A stretch of 64,000 nt of DNA. Origin: an uncultured Candidatus Saccharibacteria bacterium (lineage in GTDB: Bacteria > Patescibacteriota > Minisyncoccia > Phycocordibacterales > UBA918). Position numbers and translations under genes: made by a program. Below the pieces are notes generated by a model that saw nothing but the letters and a program-made list of their open reading frames with translations, ran no database searches and was not told the DNA's origin. Shown piece after piece: positions 19,798 through 29,521 of the stretch. The number at the start of each line of letters is the position of its first letter. Positions within the stretch are counted from its first letter, which is position 1. The stretch spans positions 530-64,529 of the forward strand of contig CAZVFY010000004.1 in NCBI GenBank assembly GCA_964626635.1. Reading direction: 5' to 3'.

Positions 19798-20508
19798 ATG
19801 GCGACGCAACAAACATCAAATTGGATATCTCTCTCAGACATGATGACTGGTCTCATGCTCATCTTTTTGTTGATTGCTGTATTAGTTACCATGCAGATTA
19901 CTCAAGAACAAAAACAAAGACAACAGTCAGTTGCGGAGTACCAAGAAATTAAAGATGATATTTACGCTGATCTAAATGAAGCATTTGCTTCTAAGGAAGA
20001 TGAGTGGGGTATCGCTATTACCCGTGATCTTGTGATCAAGTTTGAGAACCCTGATCTTCTATTTGGAGTTGATGAATCAAACCTTAAAGAAGAATATGAA
20101 GTTATTTTAGATGAATTTGTTCCACTGTATATTGGCATCATAAATAAAGAAGAGTATAAAGATCGAATTAAAGAAGTGCGAATCGAAGGTCATACAGCTG
20201 ACGTGTCGGATGCTCATCCGACATATATGAGCACCATTTCTCTGTCTCAAAATAGATCCAATGCTGTTTTAGAGTATATTCTTGAGAGTAACTTTTTCAA
20301 TTCTTTAGACAACGACCAGCAGAGCAAGCTAAGATTTTGGTTTAGTGCGAATGGTCTAGGTAACGGACGAACTTTAGACGAAAATAGCCAGTTTACATAC
20401 ACAACCAATGCTCCGATCAGTCCAAATTCAAGAAGAGTAGAGTTTAGGATTCTCACAGATAGTGAGAGTTTGATAGACGAAATTTTTAGCCAAGATATTA
20501 ATATATAA
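19798..20508 (+). CDS. zorB: Zorya ZorB-like MotB/OmpA-domain protein
   Basis: WISLSDMMTGLMLIF TM with the conserved Asp; OmpA-like RIEGHT, LSQNRS, SRRVEFRI. Confidence 0.85.
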   Translation: MATQQTSNWISLSDMMTGLMLIFLLIAVLVTMQITQEQKQRQQSVAEYQEIKDDIYADLNEAFASKEDEWGIAITRDLVIKFENPDLLFGVDESNLKEEYEVILDEFVPLYIGIINKEEYKDRIKEVRIEGHTADVSDAHPTYMSTISLSQNRSNAVLEYILESNFFNSLDNDQQSKLRFWFSANGLGNGRTLDENSQFTYTTNAPISPNSRRVEFRILTDSESLIDEIFSQDINI

Positions 20509-20512
20509 ATTT

Positions 20513-21550
20513 ATGAATGAAACAACGTCAATTATTCTCGTAATCTCCGTAGTAGTTTCCATTTGTATATTTGTGAGTCCGTGGTTCTTGCGTTTTTGGA
20601 AAAATTCTTCTGAAATTCAGACCACTGTTACTACCATGGGTATTGTTGGTACTTTCACAGGTATCTTAATTAGTCTTTCAAACTTTGACGTTGCAAATAT
20701 CAGCACCACAATCCCGCAGCTAATTAATGGTTTGCAATTAGCATTCCTCACTTCCATTGCTGGAATCGGAACGTCGTTAATTGTAAATCTATTTCCAAGA
20801 TTTTATTTAATAAAGGTTGGAACAGAAGAAGAGACTTTATCTGATACGGAGTTATTAAGTGCGATGCATGCTGAATTGATAAAGCTTAACAATAATATTT
20901 CTGGAGATAGTGACTCTACTCTTATTACACAAATCCAAAAACTGCGTACCAGTGTCACTGACAAACAAGATGAACTGAAGAAATCATTTGATCAGTTTGC
21001 TGAGGGAATGGTCAACAGCAATATTGATGCGCTTGCAGAAGCAATTGACAAAGTAATGGGTGAATTTAATACCACTGTTAATGAAAAACTTGGAAAAACT
21101 TTTGAGGACTTCAGAGCAGCTGTCGACAATCTTAATCAGTGGCAAGCCGAGTATAAAGGCCAGATTGATTCTCAAACTGAAAACATGAAGTCTGTCCACG
21201 AATCACTAGGTGCGGTGACTGACAGCATGAATGCAGTGGCTGAATCAATGAACGAAATCACTGTTATTAAACAGAAGTTTGATGAGCTGCTAGAACAACT
21301 AAATGCGCAACTCCAGGGCAGTCTTGATTTCTCAACTTCTATGAAAGACCTTTCTTCTGAGTTGGAAGGTTCTGGCAAGATGATTCGAGACGAGCTTAAT
21401 GAAATTACTCGCGGTGCAGCTGATGAAATGGAAAAAGTGATAAACAAAACACTGGCTGACTTTGGTAGCAATCTTGCATCCATTTCAGGTAAATTAGCTG
21501 AAGACTTTGAGCGTGTACAGCAGATGCTAGAAAATTCATCAAACCGTTAG
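20513..21550 (+). CDS. zorA: Zorya ZorA-like MotA/ExbB proton-channel protein with a helical tail
   Basis: GIVGTFTGI...FD...LINGLQLAFLTSIAG, then over 200 aa of coiled-coil-like sequence. Confidence 0.85.
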   Translation: MNETTSIILVISVVVSICIFVSPWFLRFWKNSSEIQTTVTTMGIVGTFTGILISLSNFDVANISTTIPQLINGLQLAFLTSIAGIGTSLIVNLFPRFYLIKVGTEEETLSDTELLSAMHAELIKLNNNISGDSDSTLITQIQKLRTSVTDKQDELKKSFDQFAEGMVNSNIDALAEAIDKVMGEFNTTVNEKLGKTFEDFRAAVDNLNQWQAEYKGQIDSQTENMKSVHESLGAVTDSMNAVAESMNEITVIKQKFDELLEQLNAQLQGSLDFSTSMKDLSSELEGSGKMIRDELNEITRGAADEMEKVINKTLADFGSNLASISGKLAEDFERVQQMLENSSNR

Positions 21551-21553
21551 CTT

Positions 21554-22372
21554 ATGGATAAGCGGGAGCTTAATCAGAAACTGGCAGACATCGCAAGCAC
21601 TTTTTCGGTTGCCAAGAGCAAAATAAAAGCTCAGGATGTTGGTTTCAAAATCACACCTCGTGAACTCAAGGATCCAATGGATAAATTCAATGCTGGTAAA
21701 CCAATTACTGGTGTTGAACTGCAAAAGATTTCTGAAAATTGGCAATCAAAAGCTCCACTCGTTGATGAGGATGGTAACGCGTTTGTGCTTTATATTCCTG
21801 ATTGGCAATTCAATTTCAATAGAGGGAGAAATAACCCTGCTGATTTGCATAAATACCATGTTTCATGGTGCGGTGTACTTGAATATATGCAAGGCGCAGG
21901 TCGTTTCAAGCGGTACATCAAGAAAACTAATATTGAATCAAATATCTTTCTAGGTAAGCAAGCTGATGACAGAAACGCAGAAAGTGTCTTATACGCTTGT
22001 AAGACCTGCAGAAAGAAGATGGCGGAAGTGGCAGGTCATAGTCTCTATTTCAACGTTGAAAATATGGACATACTCAAGTTTTTTGCGAAGTACGGCAAAC
22101 AAGATATGCTCGACCCTAAGACTAATCGCTTATATTCTGTGGTCTATCCCAAGCACTGGCAAGAAATTTCTAAAAAATACCGTGAACAAGCTAATTGGAC
22201 TTGTGCAGAGTGTCATAAATCGTTTGAGCATAATCGAGCCATGTTAGATGTTCATCATATTGATGGTGTTAGGAGTAACGTAAAAAATACTAACTTAAGG
22301 GTTTTGTGTAAGGATTGTCATGCAAAACAACCGATGCATGGACATTATAAACAACTTATAAAAAATACTTAA
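21554..22372 (+). CDS. HNH endonuclease, ZorE-like effector
   Basis: WQEISKKYREQANWTCAEC...LDVHHIDG..N..NLRVLCKDCH. Confidence 0.85.
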   Translation: MDKRELNQKLADIASTFSVAKSKIKAQDVGFKITPRELKDPMDKFNAGKPITGVELQKISENWQSKAPLVDEDGNAFVLYIPDWQFNFNRGRNNPADLHKYHVSWCGVLEYMQGAGRFKRYIKKTNIESNIFLGKQADDRNAESVLYACKTCRKKMAEVAGHSLYFNVENMDILKFFAKYGKQDMLDPKTNRLYSVVYPKHWQEISKKYREQANWTCAECHKSFEHNRAMLDVHHIDGVRSNVKNTNLRVLCKDCHAKQPMHGHYKQLIKNT

Positions 22373-22384
22373 AATTATCTTGAA

Positions 22385-23671
22385 TTAGGCGCTGTTTAGC
22401 AATTCCACCACTTTATCCTCAACCAGCACCTGACTCTTAAAGCATCCCATCAATTCACGCTTTTCTTCATTCGAGCCTTCTTTGAGCAGATACTTGGTGT
22501 ACGTTTTTAGTTCGACATCTTTGTGTTTCTCCCTATTTCCTGCAACACCCAGTACACCTTTGTGGAATTTATTAAAACGTTTAAGTTCTTCCTCGAATTT
22601 TATTTGCACGCCAGTTCTGTTTAGGTCAATTTTATCCATCAGTTTTATAAGCTGTTCTACCAAGTCTTCCTCTCGTAAATATGGATTTTTGCAGTGTCGA
22701 TCTTTTGATCGACCGCATCCGTAGTATATATACTTGGCAGACGTACCGTCCTTCAGCTGTTTGTATTTCTCTTCCGCAGAAATTCCCGAGCCACACAGTC
22801 CACAGGTCATGAGCTTTGTGAAAGCAAACTCTCTAGATTGACGAACAATATTGTCTCGTTTGAGTTGCTCTTGCACTTTATCAAAAAGCTCTTTGTCGAT
22901 AATTGGTTCATGTTTGCCGTCGTACCAATTACCACTCCCACGGGGGTATTCAAACTTGCCGTAGTAGAAGGTGTTTTGCAGTGTGCGGTATACGTTACTC
23001 AACGCTAATGGCTTGTTGCCTCTAGTATGAAAATTAAGCTCAAAGCGTAGCCAGTGATATATCTTTCGACCAGACCATTTATCATTTCCCATCTTCTCAA
23101 AGATTTGTCGTACTACATGAGCTCTTTCTGTATCAATAATTACCTGACACTTCTTATCAATATGTTTTTGGTTCAGGTATCCAACTGGCGCTACACCCGG
23201 CCACAATCCCATCTCACACCGTGTCCGCAGTCCGCGCTTCACGTTTATGCCTCGGTTATCGTTTTCAAGTTTTGCTTGACTACCAAGAATCATCAAGAGA
23301 AACTTCTCGTTTGGGTTGTTAGTGAATGTTTGGCTAAAGGTACGTATCTCATGCAACTTTCCAGCATCCATAAGGTCGACAATCTTTCCCAAGTCCCCAG
23401 CATTTCGTGAGATTCGATCCGGTGCCCACGTCAGTATGCTATTGTATTTACCATCGTATATCTCACTGACAATTTCATTAAAGACTGGCCTACAACCAGT
23501 CTCCTTGGCTGAGTGACTTTCTCGCTTCATGGAGACTATCTCCAATCCGTCACGTTCGGCTAGCTGAAGCATTTCCTTAATTTGTGAGTCAATTGACATC
23601 ACTTGTCGCTCTTCACTTTCAGTACTTTTTCTTGCGTATAGGCAATACTTCAGTTTTGTTGTTTCTTCCAT
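22385..23671 (-). CDS. large serine recombinase/integrase
   Basis: YARKS catalytic Ser, DRISRN, recombinase domain, zinc ribbon CGLCG...YYGC...C; start trimmed to 23671. Confidence 0.95.
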   Translation of the reverse strand: MEETTKLKYCLYARKSTESEERQVMSIDSQIKEMLQLAERDGLEIVSMKRESHSAKETGCRPVFNEIVSEIYDGKYNSILTWAPDRISRNAGDLGKIVDLMDAGKLHEIRTFSQTFTNNPNEKFLLMILGSQAKLENDNRGINVKRGLRTRCEMGLWPGVAPVGYLNQKHIDKKCQVIIDTERAHVVRQIFEKMGNDKWSGRKIYHWLRFELNFHTRGNKPLALSNVYRTLQNTFYYGKFEYPRGSGNWYDGKHEPIIDKELFDKVQEQLKRDNIVRQSREFAFTKLMTCGLCGSGISAEEKYKQLKDGTSAKYIYYGCGRSKDRHCKNPYLREEDLVEQLIKLMDKIDLNRTGVQIKFEEELKRFNKFHKGVLGVAGNREKHKDVELKTYTKYLLKEGSNEEKRELMGCFKSQVLVEDKVVELLNSA

Positions 23672-23756
23672 ACAACCACATTGATGACGCAACAGCCTTG
23701 ATGAGTCCAGAGCGTCCTCGCTCCCTATAGTTGACATCTTCTGCTACCATATCTAG

Positions 23757-25226
23757 ATGCATCGCCTGACCAAGACCGATTTCATCCAGTTTCTCAACTG
23801 CCCAAATTCATTGTGGCTCTTGAAAAATAAGCCTGACCTATACAACACGTATAAGGGCGAGTTTTCGCTGTTTCTTGAGAAATTAATTCGTGAAGGATAT
23901 GAAGTGGAAGAATACGTAGCTAGACTATACCCACAAGCAGTTGATTTAGAACACTGCACATCCGAGGAAGTCGTTAATCACCTCAAAATACCTGGCTGGT
24001 ATACCCAAGCCACACTCGCAACTGACAGTGGTCTCTATGCTCGTATGGACATGATTGAAGTGACATCGTCAAATACACTCACTATTTACGAGATCAAGTC
24101 ATCAACGTCAGTCAAAACGGATAAGAAACACAACCACCTGAAAGACATTTGTTTCCAACAATTTGTTGCTGAAGAAAACGGCTACGTAGTGTCGGCCGTA
24201 CAACATGTACATCTAAACAAGGAGTTTGTGAAAGCTGGTGACATTAACCCAGCCGAACTACTGCAAATTGAAGATGTTACTGAAGCAGTTTCTGCCATCT
24301 ATGCTCAAACTAAGGAAGAAATTAAAGCAGCTTTAGAACACATCAACCGCTCTGAAATTAACGAATCATTGTGCACTTGTATTGATACTACACGAGCTAA
24401 CCACTGTGATACTTTTTTATATTTCAACCAGTCGATACCGGAACATCCTATCTATGAACTAAACAATATTCGTGACGCTAAGATTCAGGTGTTACGAGGC
24501 GGAAATGTTGTGAGTATTGGCGAGATTTCAGCTGACTTTAAGCTCTCGCCATATCAGACACTACAAAAGCAATCAGTTGATCGTGGTGCAGCAATTATCG
24601 ATCATCAAGCTATTGCAGAAGCACTCAGTGACCTTGCGTTCCCACTCTATTTCTTCGACTACGAAACTTTACCGTTTGCGGTACCACGAGTCTCTGGGTA
24701 TAAGCCACACCAACACACACCAGTGCAGTACTCGCTCCATATACTTCATGAAGACGATTCGCTTGTGCATCATGAGTATTTAGCAGACAATCTAGAGCCA
24801 CCAGAGAAACTCATCCAGTCCATGCAAGAGCATATCGGTACTACTGGCACACTAGTATCTTGGTATGCCTCATTTGAGAAGACAAGAAATCGTGAAATGG
24901 CTGAACTATATCCAGCATACGAGCCATTTCTAACCAATCTGAACGACCGCACCTACGATCTGATGGACATTTTCAAGAAAGACTACGTAGATGCAAGGTT
25001 TGAAGGTTCTCAGTCAATCAAGAAGGTGCAACCAGTGTTGGTTCCTGATCTGTCATACAAAGCACTAGAAGTACAAAGTGGCACGATGGCAGTCGACGCG
25101 GCCGAGCGACTGTATGAGATGACAGATGAGTCCGAGATTGCAGAGTTACGAGAAGCCATGTTGCAATACTGCAAGTTGGATACTCTGGCAATGGTGAAGA
25201 TTTATCAAAATCTTAGAGACTTGTAG
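23757..25226 (+). CDS. DUF2779-type protein (RecB/PD-(D/E)XK N-terminus plus RNase H-like C-terminus)
   Basis: LTKTDF..FLNCP..LWL, D...YEIKSST, FFDYET, YCKLDTLAM. Confidence 0.85.
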   Translation: MHRLTKTDFIQFLNCPNSLWLLKNKPDLYNTYKGEFSLFLEKLIREGYEVEEYVARLYPQAVDLEHCTSEEVVNHLKIPGWYTQATLATDSGLYARMDMIEVTSSNTLTIYEIKSSTSVKTDKKHNHLKDICFQQFVAEENGYVVSAVQHVHLNKEFVKAGDINPAELLQIEDVTEAVSAIYAQTKEEIKAALEHINRSEINESLCTCIDTTRANHCDTFLYFNQSIPEHPIYELNNIRDAKIQVLRGGNVVSIGEISADFKLSPYQTLQKQSVDRGAAIIDHQAIAEALSDLAFPLYFFDYETLPFAVPRVSGYKPHQHTPVQYSLHILHEDDSLVHHEYLADNLEPPEKLIQSMQEHIGTTGTLVSWYASFEKTRNREMAELYPAYEPFLTNLNDRTYDLMDIFKKDYVDARFEGSQSIKKVQPVLVPDLSYKALEVQSGTMAVDAAERLYEMTDESEIAELREAMLQYCKLDTLAMVKIYQNLRDL

Positions 25227-25289
25227 CCTCCAAACATGAAGCAAGGTGGTCTGGAGTCAAGAACGCAAAAATAATGTTGCGTGCTATAA

Positions 25290-25530
25290 TGCTTTCATCA
25301 CGAGAGTGATTTTGATCTTTTTACAATAGTAAAAGGGCCCAACCGCCGCATATCTTTATGCGATGAGTGGTTCTAAAATCCGACAAAAGTAAAGAGCTCC
25401 TTATGAGTTCACTTTTGTCGGTCCCCAGCAGGAATGTTGGGTGGGTTCTTCGGAACCGGCTCGTAGGGAGTTTTTTGCTACCCGAACTGTCCCAACCATC
25501 AATGATGAGTGGATAGAAAAACCGACAAAC
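25290..25530 (+). promoter_or_regulatory. structured leader of about 240 nt upstream of mod
   Basis: extended -10 TGCTATAAT at 25282-25290; hairpins ATCAC-GAGA-GTGAT, CCGACAAAAGT...ACTTTTGTCGG, GGTTC-TTCG-GAACC. Confidence 0.55.
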
Positions 25531-27222
25531 ATGACAAATACAAATACTCAGGATGAACTTCAAGATCGTATTACCGAACTTGAAGCAGAAATTTCAATAT
25601 TAAGACAACAAAAGAAATATGGTCTTGTCTGGGAAGACAAACCTGAAGATGTGGTGATGCAATGTGAGACTCATGTACCAGTTTTGTCAGAGGTCAAGTC
25701 AAAGAAGATATCTGATCAAACAAAGCTTGAAGAGAATATTTTAATTGAAGGTGATAACTACCATGCATTGTCTGTTCTGAATTACACTCATCGTAAGTCA
25801 CTTGATCTTATTTACATAGATCCTCCATATAACACTGGGGCTAGAGACTGGAAATATAATAATGACTACGTTGATAGTGATGATGCATTTCGTCACAGTA
25901 AGTGGCTTTCATTGATGAATCGGAGATTGCTGCTTGCAAGAAACTTGCTGAAAGATAGTGGCTCGCTAATTGTTGCAATTGACGACTATGAGTTAGCTAC
26001 GCTGGGTCTTTTGCTCAAGCAGGTATTACCACACTACGTACAAGACTTAATTATCATTGAACATCACCCACAAGGTGCTGGTTCAAATACTGTTTCGCGT
26101 ACTCACGAATACGCATATTTAATGACCCCACCAGGGCAAGGAATTCCAAATAGACCTCGGCGAGAAGAAAGGCAAATATGGTCACTTCGAAGATCGGGGC
26201 AAGGTGAAAATAACTGGCGAGCATACCGACCTAATCAGTTTTTTGCAATACTTGTAGATGAGAAAACAAGACAAGTCATCGGTGTAGATAAGAAATTATC
26301 TAAGAATGACAAGTACGACCTAGGTGATACGAAAGAGGGTTACAAACGTATCTATCCAATTGATGGGTCAGGCGGTGAGCGTGCGTGGAGATATAGTTTT
26401 GAATCCATGCAACGACTTATTGATCAAGGCAAAGTTGAGTATACCGATCGTGGGGCGCTGGCTGTCGTGAAAGACGTGGTATCAGCAGTGCCAGTATCGA
26501 GTATTTGGACCGGATCAAAATATAACGCCGGATCTCATGGTAGCCAGCTACTGACTAAAATCTTCGGCAAAAGCGCTGCCTTTCCGTATCCAAAGTCTTT
26601 TCATAACACTTATGACTTAGTTGATTTATTTGTTGGTAATAAGCCAAATGCTAAGGTCCTTGACTTCTTTGCTGGCTCAGGCACAACCGGTCACGCTGTT
26701 CTTGAACTCAACAAAGAAGATGGGGGCAATCGGCAGTTTATCCTCTGTACTAATAACGAGAATAAGATCGCCGAAGAAGTCACGTATCCTCGGGTGAAGA
26801 AAGTGATTAAAGGCTATGGCGATGTTGAAGGTCTTGGTGGCTCACTCCGCTACTACAAAACCAAACTAGTCGACGTTGAAAAACTCCAAAAAGTACCTGA
26901 CGAAAAACGGTTGTCGCTCACATATCAAGCTGGTGAGATGATCGCTTTACGTGAGAATACGTTTGAGGAAACTGAGAAGAATGACTGGTGGCAGATTTTC
27001 TCCAGTCAAACTAAAACCGTTGCTATCTACTTCCAAGAAGACAAGCAGAAACTACGTGAGTTAGTAAAGAAACTGAGTACCAAGCAAGAAGTGGTGTTGT
27101 ATGTATTTTCATGGAGCAAGAACGAATACACTAATGAATTTGCCGAGTACGACAACATTCGGGTGGAGGATATTCCTGAGCCAATCATTGAAGTTTACAA
27201 AGAAATTAACCGCCTGAAATAA
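25531..27222 (+). CDS. mod: type III R-M methyltransferase subunit
   Basis: YGLVWE, LIEGDN, IYIDPPYNTG, LDFFAGSGTTG. Confidence 0.93.
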   Translation: MTNTNTQDELQDRITELEAEISILRQQKKYGLVWEDKPEDVVMQCETHVPVLSEVKSKKISDQTKLEENILIEGDNYHALSVLNYTHRKSLDLIYIDPPYNTGARDWKYNNDYVDSDDAFRHSKWLSLMNRRLLLARNLLKDSGSLIVAIDDYELATLGLLLKQVLPHYVQDLIIIEHHPQGAGSNTVSRTHEYAYLMTPPGQGIPNRPRREERQIWSLRRSGQGENNWRAYRPNQFFAILVDEKTRQVIGVDKKLSKNDKYDLGDTKEGYKRIYPIDGSGGERAWRYSFESMQRLIDQGKVEYTDRGALAVVKDVVSAVPVSSIWTGSKYNAGSHGSQLLTKIFGKSAAFPYPKSFHNTYDLVDLFVGNKPNAKVLDFFAGSGTTGHAVLELNKEDGGNRQFILCTNNENKIAEEVTYPRVKKVIKGYGDVEGLGGSLRYYKTKLVDVEKLQKVPDEKRLSLTYQAGEMIALRENTFEETEKNDWWQIFSSQTKTVAIYFQEDKQKLRELVKKLSTKQEVVLYVFSWSKNEYTNEFAEYDNIRVEDIPEPIIEVYKEINRLK

Positions 27223-27223
27223 C

Positions 27224-29521
27224 ATGTTTGCCCTCAAACCATTCCAAGAAAAAGCTCTCACTGACCTTCGTTCCGTCTTCCTCAATTTATGGAAGCGCGA
27301 AGAGTCTCAGTTACCGTTGGTATTTCAGTCACCGACTGGTTCAGGGAAGACCATCATGACAGCTCAGTTCCTGAAAGACCTCACCGGCGACCCACAGTTC
27401 CAAGCAGACAAAGCGTTCTTGTGGATTTCATTTAGCCCCGACTCATACCAACAAAGTAAAGATAAACTATATAAATATTATGGTGGTGCAGGCGAACTCA
27501 ACTTGCTCGACATGAACGATCTCTCGCAAGGCAAGTTATATAACAATGACGTCTTTTTTATCAACTGGCAGAAGGTCGTATCAAAAGCCAAAGAGAACCG
27601 TAAGCTTCGTAGTGAGAACGAACAAGGTGTTTGGTTTGATCGATTTATTGAAGCTACTAAGTCAGCTGGTCGTGAGTTAGTGCTATTGGTAGACGAAGCT
27701 CATACGCACTCTAGTACAGCACTAGCACAAGAAATCATCGACCTCATTGACCCACGTATCATCATCAAAATCACTGCCACTCCGCAAGATACTGATGTAG
27801 TGCAAGCCGCTAAACTGGGATCGTATGTACAAGTAGATCGTGAGGCGGTTGTTGAGCAAGGTCTAATTAAAGAAAAACTTATTTTCCAGACCGAAGATGA
27901 GGTGAAGAAGCTTACTTCTAAACACATCTCCAAAGATGAAGTATTGCTCAAGCTGGCTGTACAGAAACGAGCTGAACTTGAAGTGGGTTACCAAGAAGCG
28001 CAAACATCTGTTAAACCACTCGTTCTGATTCAGCTCCCAAACGACTACAAAGAAACTAAAGTAGTTGAAGTAGACTCGAAAGAAGCCTTGGTGCGACAGT
28101 TTCTCTCAGAACAAGGTGTGCTCGATCACCAAATCGCTACCTGGCTATCTGGTCGGCAAGAAAATCTAGATGGTATCGAACGTCACGACTCACCAATTGA
28201 GTATCTCATATTTAAACAAGCAGCCGCGACTGGTTGGGATTGTCCACGAGCTAGTATCTTGGTAATGTTTCGAGAAATTAAAAACCCAACATTTCAGATA
28301 CAAACCATCGGTCGTATTCTGCGTATGCCTGAAGCCAAGCACTACAGTTTGCCACTATTAAACAGCGCCTATATCTACACTGACTACGAGCGAAATACTA
28401 TTATTGATGGTTATGATCGTGACGCTAACGCGAGTTCATTGCCATCGTGGAATCGTATCGAACGAAAGTCAGATATTGAGCCAATAACACTTACGTCTCA
28501 CGACTTATCCCGTACTGACTACAACGACCTTGGCGATAGTTTTCAGCACACTTTTTTGGAACAAGCACACAGTTTCTTTGGTACTACTGATAAAACTAAA
28601 CCAGCAACTGTCTTGAAGCAACTTAAAGAACAAGGTCTAGCGGTCGATGGTGTCCATCAAGATATCATTGTAAACCTTGAAATCGAAGACTATGATAACT
28701 ACCTAGAAAATCTCCAAGCTCATGGAGTGACCGCGTCGACTGAACTAACAGAGACAGATGTTGAGCGTATCTATAATCTTCTGTGCTACGACATCGTTGC
28801 CAAGCAAGACGAAGAAAAAGCTAAGTACGCACCAGCTCGGTCATGGGGCAAGCTCAAAACTGCACTTAATGTGTGGCTTGGAACTGCCACTAAGCTCTCA
28901 CGTTCAGAAATCTACGCTATGGTGGTAAATGATCTCAGTCGTCCAGCTAGCGTACTGCGGCCACTTGTCACGAAATCGTTTATAGCATACCGCCCCGTGC
29001 GTGACGGTGAAGTGATTAAGAAACAAGAACGCCAGCAAACAGTCCGTACGCTTGAACTTCCACCGCAGACACTATTTGTATCAGATGGTATCAAGAAGAA
29101 ATACCAGAAATCCGCCATGGAACCAGTGCTCACACCTGACCATATGCCAGACAATGAGAAGAAATTCATCGACTTTCTCGAAGATCACGCAAAAGTACAG
29201 TGGTGGTACAAAAATGGTGACAAAGGTACGGAACACTTTGCGTTGCCTTACACGCACAATGGCAAACAAAATCTCTTTTACCTTGACTGGATTATCAAAA
29301 CTAAATCATCTCTCTGGATTATCGACACTAAGAGCGGTATGACCGCCAAAGACGCAGAGACAAAAGCGAAAGCTGAGTCACTGCAACAGTGGCTCAAAAC
29401 ACAGACTGGTATTGAAGGCGGTATTGTCCGCCCAGCTGACGGTTGGTTTATCCATCGAGGCAAGAAATATGCCTATGAACTGGAGAATGGCTGGGAGGAC
29501 TTGAACAAAGTGCTGGTTTAG
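27224..29521 (+). CDS. res: type III R-M restriction subunit (helicase plus nuclease)
   Basis: SPTGSGKT, VDEAH, GWDCPRA, QTIGRILR, C-terminal D...IDTK; 1 nt after mod. Confidence 0.92.
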   Translation: MFALKPFQEKALTDLRSVFLNLWKREESQLPLVFQSPTGSGKTIMTAQFLKDLTGDPQFQADKAFLWISFSPDSYQQSKDKLYKYYGGAGELNLLDMNDLSQGKLYNNDVFFINWQKVVSKAKENRKLRSENEQGVWFDRFIEATKSAGRELVLLVDEAHTHSSTALAQEIIDLIDPRIIIKITATPQDTDVVQAAKLGSYVQVDREAVVEQGLIKEKLIFQTEDEVKKLTSKHISKDEVLLKLAVQKRAELEVGYQEAQTSVKPLVLIQLPNDYKETKVVEVDSKEALVRQFLSEQGVLDHQIATWLSGRQENLDGIERHDSPIEYLIFKQAAATGWDCPRASILVMFREIKNPTFQIQTIGRILRMPEAKHYSLPLLNSAYIYTDYERNTIIDGYDRDANASSLPSWNRIERKSDIEPITLTSHDLSRTDYNDLGDSFQHTFLEQAHSFFGTTDKTKPATVLKQLKEQGLAVDGVHQDIIVNLEIEDYDNYLENLQAHGVTASTELTETDVERIYNLLCYDIVAKQDEEKAKYAPARSWGKLKTALNVWLGTATKLSRSEIYAMVVNDLSRPASVLRPLVTKSFIAYRPVRDGEVIKKQERQQTVRTLELPPQTLFVSDGIKKKYQKSAMEPVLTPDHMPDNEKKFIDFLEDHAKVQWWYKNGDKGTEHFALPYTHNGKQNLFYLDWIIKTKSSLWIIDTKSGMTAKDAETKAKAESLQQWLKTQTGIEGGIVRPADGWFIHRGKKYAYELENGWEDLNKVLV

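Noticed and set aside
19798-21550. Flagellar MotAB or ExbBD/TolQR
   Set aside because: No flagellar or TonB genes nearby; the long helical tail and coupled HNH nuclease fit Zorya.
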